From the NCBI RefSeq assembly GCF_009914755.1, contig NC_060931.1: a stretch of DNA of 64,000 nucleotides; one strand, given 5' to 3'. The notes beneath the pieces were generated by a model, which searched no databases, was not told the DNA's origin, and saw only the letters and a program-made list of their open reading frames with translations. Below are positions 12,241 to 25,269 of this stretch, one piece after another. Within the stretch, counting starts at the first letter, position 1; the number at the start of each line of letters is the position of its first letter. Both the position numbers and the translations under genes were made by a program. The DNA comes from the human T2T-CHM13v2.0 reference genome, Homo sapiens.

Positions 12241-14167
12241 GTAAGACAGAGCATGCTTAAAATTACAGGAGGGGTTTTAATTTGGAGCATCTCGGCAAGT
12301 CTGAATCCTGACTCACTCATTTACAACTTAAAAAGGATTCATTTTATGCATGTCATTTTACTCACTTCCTTCTATTTAACTGCCAGAAACATCACAGATT
12401 GATAAAGGGGGTATTTAAATTAGAGACTGACTGGAGGTTACTCATGGGAGAGTCTTTTGAGGCTCCCGAGGCTACTGCTTGTAGTTTGTAAACACCAGTA
12501 GCAGTGATAAGATGGGGAAAAGGTTTAACGACTGCTTCTTTGCCATATCTGAGTCTTATTCCTTCTGAAACTAGTCTTTATTTATTACAGCTGAAAGAGA
12601 TCTTACATTTTTTTTTGCCTGGCTGTGCTTGGCTGAATGCCCTCTGAGTCAAGCAAGTGAAGGACGAGAGACTACTTTTTCCATTTGAGTAAACTGATGT
12701 CCATGAATTTAGCTGGATTGGATCTGAGTAGAATAAATATCTCTAATATATTAGAGACCTGGGGCTTCCTCCCTGCTCATCCTATTTCCTTCCTTTTTGG
12801 ATCACAGAAATACACCTGCTTTAAGTGTGTACTGCTGAGCAGAGGTCAGTGTGCTGGTATTTTGCATCATTACACCTGTAGTGGTTATGCTTTTATGTAC
12901 AGAAGTGATAATTCTTCGTGCAGTTCTGCGTGAAGTGCCAGCTCTAATAGTAGACTATTAGCATTTTGGATGCTAATGGAGAACCCCTGCATTCATGAAG
13001 GACCGTGGTAGCAGACAGCCTACTCCAATGAGGCTTACCTGCTTGTAAAGCAGATAAAATTGAGAGATAGGAATGTAAACCTTGACGTCTTCAGAGACTG
13101 AATTTTTGTTTCCTTTGTTAATTGTCACACAGTTGACATATTTGATGTGGCGGGGGTTTGAACTTGAAGGACATGTTTTAATAGTGTTCAAAGTGAGATT
13201 AATAACATTACTTAGTCCTAGTGACTTTATATGGATCCACCTATTATTATATAGGTGCTGAATGTTAAGGATGTCAGCATTTGATTTTTTGCTTTAAAAA
13301 TATTCCACTTGTGTATAGTTTAATTAACTTAGTACTTTATGTAAAATGTAGATGGTGAATGTTAAAAAAATCAGTAGCTTGCATGTTGGCTATTATACAG
13401 AACTGGCATGTAGCCAGTTCTGTATAATTTTGTGACATAAGTAAATTTAAGAAAGATCGCCTGATTAGTTGATAGGCTAATTGAGAGAAATATGGGTAAC
13501 TGTTGTGGTTCACTATGAGTAAATTTCTTTAAATGGTGCAGTGCTTCTGTATTCACTCAACTATTTACTGTTGAGGTTGGACATTGATTGTTGGGAGTGA
13601 ATATTTGGATTTTCTTCCAAAGATAGATCAAATTTACCTCTCTTTTTTTTTAAACTTTTTTTTTCTGTTTGGAAGATGATGCGCCCTGTGTTTACTGTTT
13701 CTTTTTCTGAGAATCTTGTGTTTTAGCTATTCATATTTTTACCTTTACTTTGTGTGAGTTGTGAGGATTTTTTTTTCATCCTGTGACAGAAGGAATTGTA
13801 AGTTTGCGAAAAGTAATTTTTAAAAAGTAGAGCAATAACGTGACTGATTTTACAATCATACGATATTTCTCTCATTCTGCAAATATTGATTAGCCACCCA
13901 CTATGTGTAAAACATTGTAAGACCTGCTGTAAAGGAAGTATGGATGAAACAGTACATTTTCCTGAAGAAGCTTAGATATAGTTGTGTTAGTATTTTCCCC
14001 TGGAATACGCCCCATTATACTTTCTCATGGATAGTCAGTTTGGTGCTTTTTAATCCTCTCCTTTTAAAAAAGCATTTTTTGGTTAAACATTTTTGGAGTC
14101 TGTTGTGTAATAGTGGTGAGTAAAACAGATCTAGTCCTGGTTCTTATGGAACTTATAGTCTACTACG

Positions 14168-14306
14168 TTTTTTTTTTTTTTTTTTCAATTGAGCCGAGGG
14201 TCTCACTATGTTGGCCAGGTTTGTCTTGAGCTCCTGGACTCATGTGACCCTCCTGCTTTGGCCTTCCAAAGTACTGGGATTACAGGCATTAGCCACTGCA
14301 CGCAGC
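14168..14306 (-). mobile_element. FLAM-type Alu monomer
   Basis: Poly-T plus a single left-arm monomer, flanked by tatagtctact / tacagtctact TSD-like repeats. Confidence 0.8.
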
Positions 14307-14401
14307 TACAGTCTACTTTTAAAAATATTTCAAAGAGAAAATATGTGGCAAGTTTTTTTTTTTCATTTTGGTAGTTATGAAGGAGATATTGTATGCTTTG
14401 A

Positions 14402-14775
14402 TATTTTTTATTGTGGTGAAATATATATAACACAAATCTTGCCATTATTACCATTTTTAAGTTTATAATTCAGTGGCATTAGATATATTCACAGTGTTTT
14501 CAACCATCACCACTATCCATTTCCAGAACTTTTTCATCAACCCAAACAGAAACCCTACCCTGCTCTCATTAAATAGTAACTCCCCATTCCCCTTCCCCCT
14601 GCCCCTGGTAATCTTATTCTACTTTCTGTGTCTGTGAGTTTGGCATTCTAGGTACCTCATAGTAGATTAAATTGAGTCATATGTATTTTTTCTTTTGTCT
14701 CTGCCGTGTTTTAGCATGTTTTCAAGGTTCATCCATGTTGTATCATGTATCAGAATTTCATTCCTTCTTAATGCA
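14402..14775 (-). mobile_element. L1MB-type 3' end
   Basis: 'ttttattgtggtgaaatatatataac..caaccatcaccactatccatttccagaactttttcatc..aaggttcatccatgttgt'. Confidence 0.8.
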
Positions 14776-16039
14776 TTCTTTGATTTTTATATGGGATAGA
14801 CAGCAGTTTTTCCTCATATGATGACATGAATCAAGTTCCTATATGGACATCGTAATAAATACTTTAGATATACTAAAATAGCCTATGGGAAAGGGCAAGG
14901 AATAAGGAATAGAAATGCACTGAGAGGAAGAGTTATGGATATATTATATATTATTTTCATATATTTATCTATGGATGTATTATAATTGAGATGCTAAGAT
15001 TTTCACATCAATTCTTTGCTGATAGCAGCATTCAGCTGAAATAATTGGAAGCTGGGCCATGGCTTTTGTCATTATTAACATTTGAATTTCACCCACTGTA
15101 CTTGTGTCTCCTTTCTCTATTTTACTTCATAAGCAAAGACTGATCATGTTGAGGTCTTCTTACAGAGTCAGAGACTCTTAGAGCTGGCAGGTACTTTAGA
15201 AATTGTGTTATTTAATTGGTTCATTATCATTCATTAGCCAACGTGAGAGGGAAACTCAGTCTCCTGCTGCCCGCCATGGGCCTCTTTTACTCCCCACCCC
15301 TGTTTTCAGTGGAAACAACCAGAAAACCCCAAGTATCCTCTGAGTTTGACAGAAATAGTAGAGGGTGTAAATTTGATGCCACATTAAGAAGTTTTCCGTT
15401 GGATGAGGTAAGCCTAGCTTCATCAATACAGCTTTCTGTTTCTCAGATTTCTTCCTGATACTGCTTCCATAAATCCAGATGGTTTTTCTGAGGGGACCCT
15501 TTTTAGAAAGCCAAGTTAAGGCCTCAGTGCTGTTCATTTATTTTCTGTCGACCATTTTGACAGTTCTTACACTGGGTCAGTCAGCAGTTTATATCCATGC
15601 TTTTAACTCACTATCCAGGGGACCCAACCATTTATAGAGGAAGAAGATTCAACATAGCAATATCCAATACCTGAGTCTTCCCAAATAAGCCTGCTCCTTC
15701 TTAATGGGTCTTGCTTTCTATCCCCCTAACTGTTTTTCTGTCCTCCTAACTGTTTTTCTGTTATGGCCTGACTTTTATTATGAGACTAATTCAGAATCAG
15801 ATTAATCAAATGCATGTTAAATTTGAGTGGTAGGTTTGTGGGGAGAGAGGGAAGATGGGCCAGAAAACCTTAAACCAGTGAGCAGTTATTTTGCACAGCT
15901 TTGGAAGTACTTTTTTTTTTTTTTTTTCATCAGGAGAGATAAGAGAGAATGGAGAGAAATGGAGAGAATTGCAGATAAAGTTGTTTTTTGTTTACTTCTC
16001 TCATGATGTAAGTCCCAGGGGACATGTACGAAAGACAAT

Positions 16040-16290
16040 ACAGTGGTCAAGAGCTTGTGCTTTGTATTCAGAGTCCTGTAATCAATCCCATCTCCTGTGT
16101 TTATTTTCTGTGTGGCCTTGGACATGTTACTTAATTCATGTGTGCCTCAATGTAACCATCTGCAAAATTGAGATAATACTAGTCACCTTTCTTATGAGGT
16201 TGTTGTAGAGATTAATTGGGAAGCTATTTTTAAAGCATTTTTATAGTAATTTATGTAATAAGAGCTCAACAAGTTAGCCATCATCATCAT
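16040..16290 (+). mobile_element. MIR
   Basis: 'ctgtgtggccttggacatgttacttaa..tgcctcaatg..catctgcaaaattgagataata..gaggttgttgtagagattaa'. Confidence 0.8.
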
Positions 16291-19154
16291 TGTCATCTCA
16301 TCTAGAAATCCTTGATTTCCATCTCTTTTCTATCAGCTGCATTATATCTTGCCCAAGATCCTTCTGTAGTTTGACTATAGAGCATATGTAATTATTTCTT
16401 AGTGTTATTGAGTCTGAGTGGATAAAAGGAGGATGTAACAGAAAGCTCCAATATCCTGTTTATCATCTGGCAGACTTTGGAAGGGTAAATGTTCTTTAGA
16501 CTTACTTTTCGGCCCAGTTGATAACACATTTGCCCCAGCAGCTTATTCCTCAGGTAAATGAAATCTTGCTAAAAATACAAAGTTGACAGTGAAACGCTTC
16601 TGGAAGCACTGGGGTTTGTTTTCCGGTGACAGACAAACAGCAGGATGTGTGTATCCCACTGCTTTGCTCTATTCACCTTGCATCTCTCAGGCAGGATTTG
16701 GTATTGACTTTTCTCAGCTACAGGAAAGGTTTACAGAACTGGTCTTCATGAAATCAGTTAGGAGTGTTATTAATGGGTTACTGTCAAATTTATTATTGCT
16801 GAAATTTTGGCTCTTTATAATAGATGAATCAATTGTTAAAGCAACATTGAAAGATACTTCCATTTTCTCCTCAAAGGTTCATTGTTCCCAGTGTTCCTCT
16901 TCATAAGCTCTGTGTGGTTAGTGACCCATATATGATTCTCTGAAAATGTTAAGAGCTTCAAAAGTCAATTCTATATTGAGTGATGCCCTATATTTTCCTG
17001 AACACTTTGATGGAGTTTGCATCTAGATTTATTTTATAAGAAGAAAAACATTAAACTTTTAAACTTTATAACATCATTCTTGACATCAACCACTAAATTA
17101 TTATCCAAGCACTAATAATACATTTATATTTTATTAAAAAGATGGCTATTGTAGATTTGGAGATGTATGTTGTATTTATATAGCCATCTGTTTCGGAGTA
17201 AGAAGATAGTACACAATTTTATTTCTCCTTTAGGGAAGGAATTTAAAAATATTTATAATCTTTATTTTTAAACGCTGTTCATATGGTTACTGGGGGAAAG
17301 AATTCAGATCCTAAAGGATCAGTCATATCTCCAGTAGTGTTTTCTCTTCAGTTTTCATGTTTTAATGTTATTGCACCTTCTGGATGCTGTATTTTACATG
17401 AGGGACAGAATAGTGAGCTACAGATATTTGAAAGGTATAGACATGAAGGAAGAACTGGCCTGGTTTAGTACAAAGAAGCCAGGGGTGGTTTAGTGAAACT
17501 CAAAAGTGAAAACAAACAGAATTCAGAAGGCACTTGAGACTGTCTTTTGCACGGCCTTTGAGACAAGTGAGCTTCTGCAGTCCCTGTGATGTTTAAAAAT
17601 ACCCCTCAAACATTAAGCATATGTGTGTATAGGTAGAAAGCGTCCTGGACCATATTATTGATTTCAAGTCTATGAATCTGAGATCAGCCTCTTGTGTTTA
17701 TTAGTGGTTAGTGCTTCTGACATGGTAGACATTTTTAGTTTTTAAATCAGAGTAGTTAACAGTCAGTCCCCTTCGCCAGCTTAGTTCATACTGCTATATG
17801 TTGTGGAGTCCTTTGGAAATACACTCTGTTTTCCCCTTTTCAGGTAGAACCCAAGGCAAAACCTAAAAAAGAAAAGCTATATTTAAACCTGTAAATCCTG
17901 TGGGAGAGGGAGAAAAAGTTTTTATTTGCAGGAATAGACCTTTTTTTTTTTTTTTTTTTAGAATAAGAGTTTTAAGGGAATAGTGTCTTGATGAAGAAAC
18001 TAATTAGCCATGCAGTGTGAGCCACTGTGTAGCTTGATTTTTCTATTTTGTAGAGAATAGGTATTCCATTTCCCCAGTGCAGCTATGGGAATTTTGTAGA
18101 TTGGAAAACGCTGTGTTTTGTAGAATCTCAAAACAAAGTCACCCGCTTGCTCTGCTTGGAGCTTCTCATCTCTTGTGTCCCATTTCTGAGCCCTTTGGCT
18201 ATAAATGTTTTGTTGAGGGGTGGGGGGAATATAGATATCAATTTTAATATTTCACCTCTTAACACGTACCATTTGGTCGTATGATATGAATTCTGCACTC
18301 CTGACTCTGTCTTTTTTCCATGATGGCATTTTAACCAGCATATAATTGTGGATGTCAACTGGAAGTCAGAAAATGTACATACCTTCTTCTTTCTCTTGTT
18401 GACCTTTTTGGGATATTTAATGTTTTTAGTGGAAACAGTGTCTGAAAGACATCTCATCTGGCTTTTCACATAATCAGAGTAGGATTTAACTGGAGTGGGA
18501 AATGTTCAGTTATGCCATTTGGGCCAAAGACTCCCCTCACACCCACACCAAAGGAGGACCTGTTTTAGGATACATGGTACTCTTCACAAATTTAAGTTCC
18601 TTTTCAAATTTCTTTTCTAGATCCTGAGGTGACTTCCTTCTAAGTTTTTCCTCCAAAGCTACCAAATAAACCCTAGTAAGTAGTAAGCAAAGCAAGATTC
18701 TGAATTCAATTCTACTTAGGATAATTTTGTAGTAATTGTTTTTATAGATATGATGGCTAGCAGCAAAACAATGTTCCTATATTAGAGACACATACATCTA
18801 TAAATTTCTATGCAGGAAGTAATGTCATATATGCTGCTATAACCCATGTATATTCTTTCTTCTCTACTCATCACTCATTCCAATTCCATGGTTGTTTAAA
18901 TTCATAAACATATTGGATGTATATTATTGCACATTTTATTTCAGAGCTGAAAATATATTGAGTTATCTGATAACTACCGTGAACTTTTGAGATAAGTTTG
19001 AGTAAAATATGTTACCGAAGGAGTAGTAAAATTTTTATCACTCATTGTACACAGAGACTGAAACAAATTTTCCCTCTAAATTTGCCCTCTCTACAATCAC
19101 AATCTCTTATTGGACCATAACAGCAGAATATATCATTACATGGTTTAGTGCACC

Positions 19155-19280
19155 ATGTCTCAAATTTCAAGGTGCACACAAATCACCCAGGGACCTTGTT
19201 AAAATTCAGATTCTGACTTGGTAGAACTGCAGTGGGTCTGAGATCCCAGTGATTCCCGTGCTGCCAGTCTGCAAGCAGCA
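19155..19280. mobile_element. MER5A-like hAT relic
   Basis: 'aatcacccagggaccttgttaaaattcagattctgac..ggtctgagatc'. Confidence 0.6.
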
Positions 19281-20339
19281 AGGGGTTAACTTTTCCAGAT
19301 GAAATTCTGGTCACAATGCTAACTACATTCTGAAAAACTTATACAGACAACTAACAATAGGGCTGGTTGTTAGTAATTCTACCCTTGCTATGAGTGCTCA
19401 TTAAAACCTTACGTTAAATTTATCATTATGATTTGGACAAAATGAAGAAGTATAGGCATCAAAATGAAGAAGTATAGAAGTCAGGAAGTATAGGCATCTA
19501 CCTATATGAGCCTATAAACAAAACTGTATCTCATCTGAAATGTGTAATTATCACAGAAGAGAAAGTGACTAAATAAAATTATTTTAACAACATATACCAA
19601 AGCTTAAGCTTCTGGAAAGACTACCTAATATTCCATAATAGAATTAGCAAAACAGTTATCAAGCCTATTGATGGCAAGCATTGAAGTCCAGTAAGGGATG
19701 TAACAAAACTACAGTCACTGAAGCAGCGTAAAGGTCACTGAAGCAGCATAAAGGAATGTGGTGTCCTCAAGAGTCCTCCATTCAGCAGTGTCCACTAGCT
19801 GAGGAATTCAGGATTTAAGTGAAATTGGGTCAGATGCCAAAGAAACCATGTAGTAGAAAAATAAGCATTTTAAAACTAAATCGCAATGTTAGACATTGAA
19901 TTCTGATGAATGGAAACATCTGGTGAAGTGTTTTCATGACTGGAAAATATCTCAACTCAGAAGGTACCTTGTTTTTAATGTAGTTTCTCAGGACTAATTT
20001 TTTTAGTGGCCTATTTTTAGTTAAAGGGGAAAGCTTATAATTAGTAAAACAATCCATCATTGAGTAAATATTAACAGAACTATTTCATGCCCGGTCTTTT
20101 GTGCTTTGGGAACACTAAAGAAATAGAAGATATGGTTTGTGTGCTCAAGGTGTTTACACTCTGGTCATGGAAATACAAACACGTGAGAAACAGTGCTCAG
20201 CAAAGACGGAGCTCCCCCCACCCCACCAAAATAAACCAAACACTTGAAAACAAATTCTACAGTAGCTTATATAAGAATATATAATAACATATATTTCAGT
20301 AACAAATTATAAAATACAATCTAAAAATGATGTAGTTGG

Positions 20340-20506
20340 TAGTGAGGGCATTTTTGGTTGTGACAGTGACAATGATATAAGGGCAGGACTAGCATTTAGT
20401 ACACAGAACCATGGTTGCCAGATGCTCTACAACGTGTACTGCTGTGGAAATGCTGCACCCAAATAATTTTCAGCCAAAATGCCCAGGATGCCACCACTGA
20501 GAAACA
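20340..20506. mobile_element. hAT-Charlie MITE fragment (MER20/MER3-like)
   Basis: 'gggcatttttggttgtgaca..ccaaaatgcccaggatgccaccactgagaaaca'. Confidence 0.5.
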
Positions 20507-20749
20507 GTGCCAGGATGTCAGAGTTAAGGAAAATCTGAAAAGACTGGAGACATTAAGAGAAGTGTATACATGGTATGTACCTGTCTTTGTCCTTTCTAAA
20601 TCCTAAAATTCTAAGGGAAAGTGGAACACAAAGGAAGCACAAAGAAGTGAATTTATGTGTGAGACTTTACTAGTTGACCTATCTAAAATTATTTACCAGC
20701 TGCAAACTGCTGCCTAAAGTTCATAGTAGAACATTAGAGCTAAAACAGA

Positions 20750-20830
20750 TCTGTATCATTTTACAGATGAGAAGACTGAGATCTGGGGAATTTAAGTGGC
20801 TTGTCTTGAGGCACTTAGTTCTGACTTCTA
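20750..20830 (-). mobile_element. MIR core fragment
   Basis: 'cattttacagatgagaagactgag..ttaagtggcttgtc'. Confidence 0.65.
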
Positions 20831-23800
20831 TGGGCAGTATGTTTGCATGTATATTAGATAATGTTCTGAAGGTGACTTTAGGCAAGATCTTGGTTCTCAT
20901 AAAACAAAGCTGTAAGTAAAAAACACATTCTTGCATATATCCTTCTATATGTGTACATATCTTTGCTCTGTGTAGCCACTCTTACTGCCATCTCTGTGTA
21001 TACACACATACATACACACGCATACTATTAGGGAGAAAATAGAGAAGACAGCAAGCAAAGAGAGGAAAGCATACTTTTAGATTTGACAGATTTAAGTTAT
21101 AGATGAAGGCAGTTATCATTGGTTATGATTCTAGTGGCAATGATTCTAATTCTTCCTACCTCTCTCTTCTACCCAAAACTCTTGCACATCTATCCTTAAT
21201 AGCTGAAATTACTTTTATAAGGGAGAAAACTTGTTGTTCTGTAACGCTTAAAGTTCAGATAATTCTGGGAGAGGTAGTACTACGATTTAAGTGCTCAAAA
21301 ACTTATAAATGACTGATGATTTTTTTATATTGGGAGCAGATTTTGAGTAGGATAAAGCCATCAGGCCCTCCTGGGGTATTGGACAAAGGGAAAAAAACAA
21401 ATGAAAGAGGTTGTCAAGATTTTTGCTTATTTCATAGTTTTGCATTGGACCTGTGATGGATATTCCTTTCATGAATATCAAAAGAGCATGACCTAGCTAC
21501 AGCCTGACGCATGATACATATTTGCTGTGGGTTAACCTGGAGTCTTTTAAACCAATTCTTTTCCAGTGTCTGCCTTCAACTAACAGTGTGGAGTGAAGTA
21601 GTAGAGAAAATCAGACTCTGAACCCAGTAAAATGCTGATCACCAGAAAATGGGTGATTCAAAGGGACAATTTTCAGACCGAATGAATTCACTTGAAATGA
21701 ATGCCAACCTTAACTGAATTAAGCTGTGCTCTTTCAAATCCACTGCTGTGAGTTCAGTAGACAGTTGTCTGGATTTTACATAGCTCTAAGCTAGAATCGT
21801 AGGTCAAATTGTGACTTTTGGAGCCTCATACACTGTTTGAATTTCTAACAATTTTTACTCAGGTTTGAGTTTGCCAGCAAATGAACAAGTTCCTGTTAAT
21901 AATGAGTAGACCAAATTAATCGCTTCAGATGAATATCCATATGTGTGGGTGCATCTCAAAGCAAGTTTGAAATTCTAGCTTCTATTGAATTTACTGGAAA
22001 AAAAAGTTTATTTTGGTATTTGTGATGATTTCTTCTTTTTATATGTTTTCGAATACCAGGAGACATCCCTGCTTATGTGATTTTTGTTACTTCAGTTTCT
22101 AAATGGAACAAGTAGTATGAAAAAGTACAGTCATGGAGAAGACTATTCTTAGTTCTCATTGATATTAGAATTTCTGTCTTGTTTTCACACGATACTGATA
22201 GCATAGCTGTCTACTGGAATTTGCCTTGGGCAGAGGTGCCAAAGATATTTTCTTCTGGACCCATGATTTGGGAAAACCATTTTTAACCTGTGGAAGTTCC
22301 TTATTTTCCACGAGTTAATGAACAAATCTTTACTGGACTCTTCAAGAGGAGATTCGAAGGGAAAAGTACTTTAGGGGGCTATAAAATGAATATAAGACAG
22401 TCCTTGCCCTGTGGAAGAGATAATCAGGTTGTTGACATTAAAGTATCACAAAAAGAATAATTACAGTCTAAGGTATGCAAAATATTGGAGCAGACTAAAT
22501 TCACTGAAGTGAATTCTTAATAAAGGATTGGTCCGAGTGGGTGGGATTTAATCAACAAGTGCATCTAGGCAAAGGCAATTTTGGAGACAAGTCATGGCTT
22601 GGTGGGAGGAAGGTTTTCAGGCTGAGGGCGGTAAGAAAGCATGTGTGAAGGACAGTGAAGCTGACGGACAGTGCGTAGAATGTCTGAGGGTCTCCTGTAT
22701 CCAGAATGTTCACAGCTCATGGCCTTTGTATTTGGCCAAGTGCCCACATCTTTAAGAATGTATGTAGCTAAGAAATGTAATTTTGAAAACCAATTTGTTT
22801 CTATTTAAGCATTGTTTACTGACCTAATTAAATTCCCTTAATGTCATATACTAATTTAGTGTGACTGATTATTTTGACATATTCTAGATACTTTTAAACA
22901 AAGAAGACATATGTAAATGTAATGATTGCAAATTATTAATATATTACTATACTTATTAACAGTGTGGGTTTATGTAATCTTATTATTATTTCTCTATTCT
23001 TTTTTATACCTTTCTAGGGTTATAGATCTACTTATTTAGATTTCTTCCAGGGAGTTCAGTAATAATATTTTTTGTGTCTTTTTGGGATTTTGTAATCTTT
23101 ACAGGACCACAAGTAAAAGAATTCCTTCTCAGAACAGCCACGGTTACAGGATCTGAGTTATTGACTGTTGGGGTCCTGGATGCTTTTTTCAAGTCAGAGA
23201 TTCACATCTGAGTCACGGGTTGGCAGTTAAGCTGAGTTTTCTTTTTAAGGGTTAAATTTCATATGTATTATTAAAATTTAACTTCTTTAAAAAAATGCTT
23301 TCCACACTGGTTCACATAGGTTTTCTTTTTAATCTTGTTTATCTCCACCAGATGTGTACTTTGTAATACGTTGCTTAGGCAACATCACCTGCCCTTTAGC
23401 CTGTTGCATTACATCCACCCACCTGGTCTGCTGCCATTGGAACATGCTGTGTTGCTTTTCTTTCTACACTCATGCTGCTTGGACCCTCCCCACAGGCCCT
23501 GATCATTCATTCCTGTCCTTGATACAGTTCCTTGGTACTTTTTTTCTAGCACTTCTTGGCTTACTCACAGTTCTGTATCTTAAAATCAACCATATTGTAT
23601 TATATTCATACTTCTTTTATATTATAGCTGCCATTTGGCCTTTATAGTAACTTTTCTCTTTTGAAATCATAATGAACTCATGGTCTTTCAGCAACTCATC
23701 TTGTTCTATTTAACCATACTTTTATTTTTCCTTTTGATGCTCGAATAAATAATCACAGTTTGATCGTTGGGAGCTCCTTTAGGCAGATTCCTTTGTCCTT

Positions 23801-24364
23801 CTAGCACGATCCCTGACATTTTTGAAAGGATGCCAGTTTTCTGGTAACAGCTGGATGTTTCCTGGCTCTTTCACACTTCCTGCACTGTGAACTGGAATCT
23901 ATTACTTTCCAAAGATTTCTTCCTTTCCTTACTGGAGAACTGGAACATAGGCCAAAATCTGGGCACTAGGGGTGCACATGAAAGTTAGTAGTGGATAAAA
24001 GGGCTACTGTTTGGTGGTTGGAAGAGTCTGTGTTTTTGAGGTTTGGGTTCTCAGTGATTTTTTCCAATTTGACATTCCGTACTTCTGTCTCTGAGTTTTT
24101 TTAATATATGAGGTTTTATCTTTTACTAAGACCTTTTACTGCACTGACCATAAGCATTTTGCTGTGGGCAGAAAGATTCTATTTGGGGTGGGAAGCATTT
24201 ATTCAGATTGCTGACAAGTTAATATAAGCATTCAACTGAAGACTTGTACGCAGGGGAGTAGCGCCAGTGTATACTGCGTCCTCCAGAGCCCTCTTTCATT
24301 GCTAAGACCCAGGCTGCTCGCTTTTCTCTTCATGCACTCTGGATACTTAAATTTATTCTAAGAG

Positions 24365-24490
24365 CTCTCCTACCCTCCCCTTTTCTCCCCTCTTACCCCT
24401 CTTCTCCCTTCTCCCCTCTTACCCCTCTTCCCCCTTTTCCATTTTCTCTTTCCCTTCCCCCACCCTTTCCCCTTTCCCTTTTCCCTTTTT
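24365..24490. repeat. Polypyrimidine (C/T) low-complexity tract
   Basis: Almost pure C/T; 22-mer ttctcccctcttacccctcttc at 24383 and 24409; abuts an Alu tail. Confidence 0.9.
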
Positions 24491-24785
24491 GAGATAGGGT
24501 CTCACTATGTTGCCCAGGCTGGAGTACATGGAGCATAGTGGCACAGACTCTGCAGCTCACTGCAGCTTTGCCCTCCCTGGCTCAAGAGATCTGTCCACCT
24601 CAGCCTCCTGAGTAGGTGGGACTACAGGTGTGCACCACCACACCCGCCTAATTTTTATATTTGTTTTGTAGAGACAGGGTTTTTCCACGTTGCCCAGGTT
24701 GGTCTCGAACTCCTGAGCTCAAATGATCCACCTGCCACAGCTTCCCAAATGCTGGGACTACAGGTGTGTATCACCATGCCCAGCT
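24486..24785 (-). mobile_element. AluJ
   Basis: 'gagatagggtctcactatgttgcccaggctgg..ctcctgagctcaaatgatcc'. Confidence 0.9.
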
Positions 24786-25269
24786 AAGTTGATTGTTTTC
24801 TACTTTTATTTTGTAGTTTGCTAGTAGTTAGCAAAAATGGTAAACGTGAAATGTTTAAGAATATTTATGGGAAATATTTTAAGTTGAGAACCTTGTTAAA
24901 TTTTTTTTTTTCTCAAAAATTAGGGAAAGGCGGCCCTCTTCTGTCTTAATGATAGAATACTTTAGAGATGTTGGTTTTTCACAGGTGCATAGTTTCCACT
25001 GATTTTTATAATTATCAACTGTGCCATAGTCAGATCCATTAAATGAGAGACTACCTGACTCAAAGTATGTATTGTAAGGCCGTTAAGGCATGAAGATGGA
25101 GAGAAAGCTGTACTTTGCAGTAGATTCTGTAACAGTTTCTCTTGCTTAAATTGTATAGGTTCAGAAAGCCATCAGAATTTCTAATTGGAGTTCCTCTGTT
25201 TCCTGAAGCCAACAAATGACTTTTTTTGCTTTATTGTATTTTCTAGAACTTAAAATACAATGTTAAATC

